From: an uncultured Aliarcobacter sp.
Lineage (GTDB): Bacteria; Campylobacterota; Campylobacteria; Campylobacterales; Arcobacteraceae
Direction: 5' to 3'
Length of the DNA: 64,000 bases
Assembly: GCA_963664305.2 (NCBI GenBank)
Contig: CAXXLV010000002.1
Coordinates: 1,440,001 to 1,504,000 of the forward strand
Shown here: positions 52,401 to 59,661 of the stretch, one piece after another
Position numbering within the stretch: position 1 is the stretch's first letter
Layout of the letters: each line of letters opens with the position of its first letter
Program-made: the position numbers and the translations under genes
Notes under the pieces: model-generated
The model's database searches: none
Told to the model about the DNA's origin: nothing
What the model saw: the letters and a program-made list of their open reading frames with translations, nothing else

Positions 52401-53635
52401 GATTTATCCTTTTTACAAACAAATCTATTTATACCATCAACATATTCGTATTCTAAAATATATCCATTTGCTTTTAAAATATTATGAACTATATATAATC
52501 CTAAACCAAAAGAATCTTTTGATTTATCTTCGTTTGAGAAAAATGGTTCAAAATATCTTTCAAATGGTTCTTCTAAAGCTTTTCCTTCATTTTCGAAGAT
52601 TATATTTTCATCTTCATTTTTTATAATTACTTCTTTATTTGGCGAATATTTAACTGCATTATCTATTAAATTTTTAACTGCAATTGAGAATAATTTAAAA
52701 TTAACTTCTAGTTTTTTATTTTCATATTTTGAAATAACATGTTCATCTTCTATCATCAAAATATCTTTTGCATTATCGACAACATCATCTAAAAAATAAA
52801 ACTTTTTCTCTATATTTTTTGAAGATGAAATTAACTCTTCAATAGATGCAAATTCATTTATTAGAGCTTCAAGTCTATTAAACACAGATTTTAATTTTTC
52901 ATTGTTCTGTTCATTTTGTTCTAACGAAGTTAAAAATTTACCTTTTGTTATTGGAGTTTTTAATTCATGCATAATATTTCTAATAAATATATTTCTAGCT
53001 TCTTTTAAACTTTTTAATTTTAAAGCTGTTTTTTTAAATTCCATTGCCAAAAGAGAAACTTCATCTTTTCCATTCATATTACAACATTCAAAATCAAAGT
53101 TTTCATCACCTAAAGTTTTTACTTTATCTTTTAAAAGTTTTAAAGGCATCAATTTTCGTAAAGTTACTAAATAAACTAAAACTATCGTAATAAATAAAAT
53201 TCCAAAAACTAAAATAATATAAATATGACTATTACTATTTGAGGTATCTTCATCTTTTATTAGAACCGTATCACCTCTTCTTTTCATATAAATATAATTT
53301 ACATCATTTAAATTTAGAATTCTAAAAATATCATTATTTCTTGGATGAATTCGTTCAAATAAAACTTTTGTTTTAGGATTATAAGTAATTATATTTATTT
53401 CAGAAGTATCTGTTAAAAGCTTATAATTCATCTCAGCTAAATTTTTTACTAACATATCATCAAAAATAAAATCTTGTCTACTTACCATTTTTGATACAGG
53501 AACATATTTATCTAAAAGACGTCCCTCTTTCATTTTAAAATCATGAGTAATTAGTATTAAAAAACTAATTATTACCAAAAGTATTGATATAATAAAACTT
53601 ACTGCTATGGTAAAAAATATTGATTGTCTATTCAT
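52388..53635 (-). CDS. Sensor histidine kinase (ArsS-like)
   Basis: HAMP, RNIMHELKTPITKG, NLIDNAVKY, SFGLGL. Confidence 0.93.
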   Translation of the reverse strand: MNRQSIFFTIAVSFIISILLVIISFLILITHDFKMKEGRLLDKYVPVSKMVSRQDFIFDDMLVKNLAEMNYKLLTDTSEINIITYNPKTKVLFERIHPRNNDIFRILNLNDVNYIYMKRRGDTVLIKDEDTSNSNSHIYIILVFGILFITIVLVYLVTLRKLMPLKLLKDKVKTLGDENFDFECCNMNGKDEVSLLAMEFKKTALKLKSLKEARNIFIRNIMHELKTPITKGKFLTSLEQNEQNNEKLKSVFNRLEALINEFASIEELISSSKNIEKKFYFLDDVVDNAKDILMIEDEHVISKYENKKLEVNFKLFSIAVKNLIDNAVKYSPNKEVIIKNEDENIIFENEGKALEEPFERYFEPFFSNEDKSKDSFGLGLYIVHNILKANGYILEYEYVDGINRFVCKKDKSSTI

Positions 53636-54312
53636 TGTATAAATTTATATCCCATTCCTCTTATTGTATGTAAATATTGATTCTCTTTTAGGTTATCTTC
53701 AATTTTATGTCTAATTCTGTTTATTATAACAGCAAGAGAACCAGAACTTTCATAATCTTGATTTAGTATATCTGAATTCTCAAAGATATCTTCTCTACTT
53801 ATTACAAAACCTTCTCTTTTTATTAACAAAGATAAAACTTCAAATTCGGCAGCTGTTAATTTTATATATTTCCCATTTTTAGTAATCTCTTTTTTATTTT
53901 CATCTAAAACAAAAGTTTTGTTTTTTGTCTCTTCTTCTTGAGTATTTGAGTGATTAAATCTTCGTAAAATTGTTTTTATTCGCACCTCTAATTCCCTTGG
54001 GTCATAAGGTTTTGGTAAATAATCATCTGCTCCCATTTTAAGTGCAGTTACCTTATCTGTAATATCACTTCTTGCACTTGAAATAATAATTGGAATATCA
54101 AAATCTTTTACTATTGCTTTACAAACATCTAATCCATCCATTCCAGGAAGAGTTAAATCTAAAATAATTAAATCATATTTATTTACTTTTAAAGCAGAAA
54201 GAGCCAAATATGGCTCTTCATAATTGGTAACTTCCATATTAAATTGCTTTAAATACTGGCATAGAACTTCTGCTAATTCTAAATCATCCTCTATCATTGC
54301 AATTTTTATCAA
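53632..54312 (-). CDS. OmpR-family response regulator
   Basis: IEDD, LDLTLPGMDG, ISSAR, KPY, TIRGMGYK. Confidence 0.95.
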   Translation of the reverse strand: MIKIAMIEDDLELAEVLCQYLKQFNMEVTNYEEPYLALSALKVNKYDLIILDLTLPGMDGLDVCKAIVKDFDIPIIISSARSDITDKVTALKMGADDYLPKPYDPRELEVRIKTILRRFNHSNTQEEETKNKTFVLDENKKEITKNGKYIKLTAAEFEVLSLLIKREGFVISREDIFENSDILNQDYESSGSLAVIINRIRHKIEDNLKENQYLHTIRGMGYKFIQ

Positions 54313-54315
54313 AAT

Positions 54316-54798
54316 TTACCCTTTAATTCTATCTTGGAATCTTTGTTCCATTTTTTCTTTTCTTAAATCCATAAGAACTTTTAATTGCTCTTTTTGTTTA
54401 GAAGTTAATACAGCATATGATTTTTCAATTACTTCTGCTTGAGATTTTAACATATTATCTCTTTTTTCATTCATAATTTGAACATATTTAGCTTTATCAA
54501 AACCTTCTTTTGTGAATGTTTCTTCTATAGATTTTTCATTCTTTCTACTATCTTCAATGATTTTTTTAATTTTTTCATCTTGTTCTGCTGTTAAATTTAA
54601 CTCTTTAAACATTCCAAAAATATGAAACTCTCCTCTTGGACCTTTTTTCTCAAATTTTCCTTTGTCCATCATACATCTTGAATCAGAACCTTTTCTCATA
54701 TCATCTTTTCTATCCATATCACCATTTGTTGCATATAATCCACCAGCAAGAAGTGAAGATAAAACTAATCCTGAAACTATTTTATTTTTAATTTTCAT
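54316..54798 (-). CDS. Spy/CpxP-family periplasmic protein
   Basis: Signal peptide, LNLTAEQ and VLTSKQKEQ (LTxxQ) motifs. Confidence 0.85.
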   Translation of the reverse strand: MKIKNKIVSGLVLSSLLAGGLYATNGDMDRKDDMRKGSDSRCMMDKGKFEKKGPRGEFHIFGMFKELNLTAEQDEKIKKIIEDSRKNEKSIEETFTKEGFDKAKYVQIMNEKRDNMLKSQAEVIEKSYAVLTSKQKEQLKVLMDLRKEKMEQRFQDRIKG

Positions 54799-54843
54799 TT
54801 TAAATCCTTTATATTTGATATATGAAATTATGACAAGTTGAAT

Positions 54844-54883
54844 TTAACGATTTTTAAATTTTATCTTAACGATTTTTTAACGA
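54844..54883 (-). promoter_or_regulatory. TTAACGA direct repeats, putative response-regulator operator
   Basis: Exact copies at 54844, 54866, 54877 (22- and 11-bp spacing). Confidence 0.6.
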
Positions 54884-54948
54884 AACAGTGTAAAGAAATA
54901 ATCTTTATTTAGATATAATCAAAACAAACAATATAAAGAATAACTACT

Positions 54949-57060
54949 GTGAAATTATCAAAATTTATTAAAAGATTCATCTTTATCACTGCTTTTGTTT
55001 CAAGTTCATTAGCATTTTTAGTGTCTATGATATATCAATATAATAATTTTGGAAATGACATTATTTACATAAAAAATGAATTTAATGAACAAAAGAAAAA
55101 AGAGATAAAAGAAGAAGTTTTAACAATTTACAAATTTATCGAATATAAGGAAGAGCTACTAAATACCTCTGTTAATAAAAAATTAGAAGAGAGAGTAAAT
55201 CAAGCATATACTATTGCAAAAGCTTTATATGATGAGAACAAAGATACAAAAAGCGATGATGAAATAAAATATTTAATTGCAAATGCTTTAAAAAATCTAA
55301 CTTATCCAAATGATAATGCATACTTTTTTATAAATAGTAACAAAGGACAAGCTGTTCTTTTTAATAAAGAAGTAAAACTTGACAAATATGATGATGTCTG
55401 GAATTTAAAAGATAGTAATGGAAATTTTATTATTCAAAGACAAGCAAAGATTGCTTTAGAAAATAAAGAAGGTTTTTTAGTAAATAATTTTGTAAAACCT
55501 GATACAACTGATAAAAAGCAATACTCTAAAATATCTTATGTAAAACTTTTTGAACCGTTCGATTGGCATATTGGTATGGGAGAATATATTGATGAAATTA
55601 GAGAAAAAAATCAAGATGAACTTTTAGATTGGATTTCAACTATAAGATTTGGAAAAAATGGTTATATTTTTATAAACTCAATGGATGGTAAAACTTTAGT
55701 TTTTGATGGTGTAAGATTAAAAGAACCAAAACCTCATCCATTTCCTCATTTATTTGAAAAACAATTAGAAATTGTAAAAAATCCACAAGGTGGATATTCT
55801 ACATATAAATTTAAAAAACCAAATACAACAGAAGAGTTTGACAAAATATCATTTCTTATAAAATATGAAAAATATAATTGGATTATTGGTACAGGTGTAT
55901 ATTTAGATGATATGGAAACTGAATTAAATAGAAAAGAGACTATTTTCAAACAAACAATTAGTAATCAAATAAAATCAATGCTAGTTATATTTATTCTTTT
56001 ACTAATAATCATCTATTTTTTATCTGAAAAACTCTCTTCGTATATAAACACAAATATAAATAATCTAGTTTTATCATTTAAAAAAGCTTCAAAAAACAAT
56101 GAAAAAATCAATACAGATGATTTAACATTTAAAGAATTTATTACACTTGCTGATAATATTAATACTACATTAGAAAACAAAAATCAAGTAGAAAAAAGGC
56201 TTCAAGACTATGTTCAAATAGTAAATCAAAATGTCATCATTTCTTCAACAAATAAAGAAGGAATTATTACTGATGTTAGTGAAGCTTTTTGCGAAATTTC
56301 AGGATATTCAAAAAAAGAGTTAATAGGACAAAGTCACAACTTAGTAAGACATCCTGATGTACCAAATAAGTTTTATGAAAATATGTGGAATACATTATTA
56401 AGTGGAAAAAGTTGGAAAGGTGAGATTAGAAACCTTAATAAAAGTGGAGAAGAGTATTGGGTTTATGCAATTATAAATCCAGTTATCAAAAATAAAGAAA
56501 TAAAAGCTTTTACGGCTATTAGAGCAAATATTACTGATAAAAAACATATTGAACAATTATCTATTACTGATGAATTAACTAGTCTTTATAATAGAAGATT
56601 TTTTAACATAAAAATAAATGAAGAGATTAATAGAGCAAAAAGAGAACATAACAATGTCTCTTTACTTATTTTAGATATTGATTACTTTAAACAATACAAT
56701 GATACATATGGTCATCAAAAAGGAGATATTGCGTTAGAAGATGTAGCTTATGTTTTAAAAAATAGAACAAATAGAGCAAGTGATTTTGCCTTTAGACTTG
56801 GGGGTGAAGAGTTTGCAATTATTACTACATTGGAAAAAGAGAAAGCTGTTGAGTTTGCAAATATTTTAAGAGAAGAAGTAGAAAATCTTAAAATTGAACA
56901 TAAAGCAAGTGGTGTTTCAAAATATTTAACTATTTCGATTGGACTTGTTTCAAAAGATTCAAATGAAATAGAAGATTGTGACAAACTTTATAAAGAGGCA
57001 GATGATAATTTATATGAAGCAAAAAAACAGGGAAGAAATACTGTTTTTTATAAAAAGTAA
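54949..57060 (+). CDS. Diguanylate cyclase (Cache-Cache-PAS-GGDEF)
   Basis: DIDYFKQYNDTYGH, RASD I-site, RLGGEEF. Confidence 0.94.
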   Translation: MKLSKFIKRFIFITAFVSSSLAFLVSMIYQYNNFGNDIIYIKNEFNEQKKKEIKEEVLTIYKFIEYKEELLNTSVNKKLEERVNQAYTIAKALYDENKDTKSDDEIKYLIANALKNLTYPNDNAYFFINSNKGQAVLFNKEVKLDKYDDVWNLKDSNGNFIIQRQAKIALENKEGFLVNNFVKPDTTDKKQYSKISYVKLFEPFDWHIGMGEYIDEIREKNQDELLDWISTIRFGKNGYIFINSMDGKTLVFDGVRLKEPKPHPFPHLFEKQLEIVKNPQGGYSTYKFKKPNTTEEFDKISFLIKYEKYNWIIGTGVYLDDMETELNRKETIFKQTISNQIKSMLVIFILLLIIIYFLSEKLSSYINTNINNLVLSFKKASKNNEKINTDDLTFKEFITLADNINTTLENKNQVEKRLQDYVQIVNQNVIISSTNKEGIITDVSEAFCEISGYSKKELIGQSHNLVRHPDVPNKFYENMWNTLLSGKSWKGEIRNLNKSGEEYWVYAIINPVIKNKEIKAFTAIRANITDKKHIEQLSITDELTSLYNRRFFNIKINEEINRAKREHNNVSLLILDIDYFKQYNDTYGHQKGDIALEDVAYVLKNRTNRASDFAFRLGGEEFAIITTLEKEKAVEFANILREEVENLKIEHKASGVSKYLTISIGLVSKDSNEIEDCDKLYKEADDNLYEAKKQGRNTVFYKK

Positions 57061-57062
57061 AT

Positions 57063-58070
57063 ATGAAAATTAGAATAGGTACTTTTAATCTTTTTCAATT
57101 TGTTCAACCACCATATTCGTGGTATACAAAAAGAGAAAAATTTATTCCTATAGAGTGGGAAGAAAAAATTACTTGGATAAAAAAACAACTAGAAACTATG
57201 AACTGTGATATCATAGGATTTCAAGAAGTTTTTTCAAAAGATGCTTTAAAAGAATTACTATTTGAATTAGGTTTTAAATATTTTAAAACTATTGATAAAG
57301 CAAAAGTTGATAAAAAAAATGAACTCATTTATGTAAGTACGACAGTTGCACTTGCTTCAAAATTTCCTATAAAAAATCTAAAAAAAGTTGAAATAGATTT
57401 TTCAACTTTAAAAAAACATAATGTTGAAGGCTTTTTCAAATTTGCACGAGAACCAATAAAAGCTACAATAATCTTACCTAATAAAAAAGAGATAACTATT
57501 TATGTTTGTCATTTAAAATCAAATAGAGAAAATGAATTTGAATATATATTTACAAAAAATGATAAATTAGAAGATAAACTAAAAAAAGTTGAAGTTGCTT
57601 TGAAAAACAACTACTCTTTATCATTAAAGCAAAGACTTTGTGAAGCAAGTTCTTTATACTCTGATATAAAAACAAATAGAAATCCTTCTATTTTAGTATG
57701 TGATTTAAATGATAAAGAATTCTCTTTAACTATTGATGCTTTAACAAATAAAAAATATCACGAAGAAAATTTGAAAAAAGATGATTTTTTACTTTTAGAT
57801 GCCTATCATTTACATAAAATAAAAGTGATAAATCCTCATCCAGAATTTAAAGGTATAAAAAGAACTCCAACAAGTTATTTTGCAGGTAAAGGAAATGTTT
57901 TAGATTATATATTTGTTTCTAAACACTTTGATAAAAACAATAAATTTCATATAGGAAAAGTTACATCTTATGAAATTTTTAATGAACATTTACAAAAAAA
58001 TCAAAATGGTTCACTTTTAAATAGTGATCATGCACAAATTGTATGTGAAATTGAAATAAATGAAGAATAG
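57063..58070 (+). CDS. Endonuclease/exonuclease/phosphatase family protein
   Basis: TFNL, GFQEV, HLKS, DLND, LDYIFVS, SDH. Confidence 0.9.
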   Translation: MKIRIGTFNLFQFVQPPYSWYTKREKFIPIEWEEKITWIKKQLETMNCDIIGFQEVFSKDALKELLFELGFKYFKTIDKAKVDKKNELIYVSTTVALASKFPIKNLKKVEIDFSTLKKHNVEGFFKFAREPIKATIILPNKKEITIYVCHLKSNRENEFEYIFTKNDKLEDKLKKVEVALKNNYSLSLKQRLCEASSLYSDIKTNRNPSILVCDLNDKEFSLTIDALTNKKYHEENLKKDDFLLLDAYHLHKIKVINPHPEFKGIKRTPTSYFAGKGNVLDYIFVSKHFDKNNKFHIGKVTSYEIFNEHLQKNQNGSLLNSDHAQIVCEIEINEE

Positions 58071-58107
58071 ACACTTTTTGTACACTTCTATTTAGTATAA
58101 TTTCAAC

Positions 58108-58222
58108 ATAGTAAATTTGACTAATTTATTATGAAGAGTATTTTATAGATTTAAACAATTTTTTAACTCATTCAGACTCCTTCCTAAATAAAAAAGAGAA
58201 AGTGTGCTTTCTTTCTCTTTTT
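58108..58222 (+). ncRNA. Candidate small RNA with anti-SD segment
   Basis: TATAAT at 58096-58101, CTCCTTCCT at 58177-58185, terminator at 58191-58222; 5' end estimated. Confidence 0.45.
58191..58222. terminator. Bidirectional intrinsic terminator
   Basis: aaaaagagaaag-tgtgcttt-ctttctcttttt. Confidence 0.8.
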
Positions 58223-58232
58223 GACTCTTTTA

Positions 58233-59225
58233 TTATTTACTCTGTTTTGGTGTTTTATTGTTCCACTTTTTATAAGCTCTAAAAAATGAGCTAGGCTCAC
58301 TATATCCCAATAAAAAAGAGATTGTTCCATAATCCATTTTTGTATTATTTATATAATGTTCTGCTAATTTTTGTCTGATTTTATTTAACGCATCTCTAAA
58401 AGTTTTATTCTCAGATTTTAGATAGTTTTGTAAAGTTCTAGGAGTTGTCCCTAAATTTGATGAAATTAAATCAATAGTTATCTCTTTTTCTCCGATATTT
58501 TTAAAAATCTCTTTTTCAACTTTTGAATACCATGATTGTAACTCTTGTTCATCTAAAATTTTTTTTGCTTCATTTTCAAAATAATCAAGCATTAAAGAGT
58601 TTGAATTTTTAACAGGAATATCTAAATTATCTTTTTTAAAAAATATTGCATTTTCATCTTTACTAAAAAATAGATTTTCACCAAATATTTTTTTGTATTC
58701 ATTTATATTTTCATCAACGCTTTGTGAAAAATATGTAAATTCAGGGAATACTTTTTCTCCTAGAATTTGAGTTAATATTGATACTATTGAAGAGAGATGA
58801 ACTTGTGCATGAAAACTAGGAACTGGAATCATTGGGTTTTCATTTATATAAATTGCTAATTTATAATAAACCTCATCCTCAAAAAAATGGAATTTAAAAT
58901 ATCCACTAATCAGTTTTTGATAAGCATTAAATTTTTCAATCATCTCTTTTAAATTATTTGTATTTAAAAGTAAATAACCTAACAATCCTAATGATTGATA
59001 TGAAACTGCTTGTCCAATATGTAAAGCTAATGCTTTATTATTTGACTCTTTCATACAATATTTAAAAATAGATGATAAATTTTTACTATCAATTTTTCCA
59101 TCTATTTTAGTTAAATCATCCATAGATAAATTAACTTGTTCTAACATTTTTTCAATTGAAATATTTGTTATTTTTTCTAAAGCTTTTAATACATAATGAA
59201 ATGTAACACTTGATAATTCCGTCAT
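58233..59225 (-). CDS. AraC-family transcriptional regulator (OruR-like)
   Basis: GLLGYLL N-domain; PRTLQ..L, LGYSEPSSFFRAYKKW..TP. Confidence 0.92.
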   Translation of the reverse strand: MTELSSVTFHYVLKALEKITNISIEKMLEQVNLSMDDLTKIDGKIDSKNLSSIFKYCMKESNNKALALHIGQAVSYQSLGLLGYLLLNTNNLKEMIEKFNAYQKLISGYFKFHFFEDEVYYKLAIYINENPMIPVPSFHAQVHLSSIVSILTQILGEKVFPEFTYFSQSVDENINEYKKIFGENLFFSKDENAIFFKKDNLDIPVKNSNSLMLDYFENEAKKILDEQELQSWYSKVEKEIFKNIGEKEITIDLISSNLGTTPRTLQNYLKSENKTFRDALNKIRQKLAEHYINNTKMDYGTISFLLGYSEPSSFFRAYKKWNNKTPKQSK

Positions 59226-59331
59226 ATTTCCCTTTATTTTCGTAAAATGTCACTAATTCTTCACATTATAACATAGGGATTTTTTTTAATAAAAGTAAAA
59301 TTGTATATAAAATATTGTAGGGGGATTTTTT

Positions 59332-59646
59332 ATGTCAAATAATGATATTAGGATAGATGAAAGGTATATAAGCTTTAAAAACATAAATTGTTTTGAAAAT
59401 GCTTGTAATGTAATTGACCATATGCTTAGGGTTCTTGAAAACCCAAAAAATATGAATATTTACTGGAAAAAAATAGTTCCAATGATTCCAAAAGGATACT
59501 ATACAAGAGATCCAAAAGATGATGAAAAAGAAGCAGTTTTATATCTTGTTTGTTCAAACTCTTTTTATCTTGATGAACTTTTTGAAAAAGCTAATGATGA
59601 AGAAGGTTTAAAAGCCCTAAGTGTTTGCGAACTTGAGTGTTGTTAA
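59332..59646 (+). CDS. cowN: CowN-like nitrogenase CO-protection protein
   Basis: RYISF..I.C..NA, N.YW, LYLV, ELFE..D, terminal ECC match the CowN pattern. Confidence 0.75.
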   Translation: MSNNDIRIDERYISFKNINCFENACNVIDHMLRVLENPKNMNIYWKKIVPMIPKGYYTRDPKDDEKEAVLYLVCSNSFYLDELFEKANDEEGLKALSVCELECC

Positions 59647-59661
59647 ACTTTAGGTATTTGA

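Noticed and set aside
57063..58070. EEP nuclease as an anti-phage defence gene
   Set aside because: No defence-island context; it sits in an operon with a diguanylate cyclase.
58131..58148. Tiny ORF MKSIL in the sRNA candidate
   Set aside because: No SD and only five codons.
59248..59265. CooA/CRP-like box TGTCA...TCACA upstream of cowN
   Set aside because: Spacer is 8 bp rather than 6.
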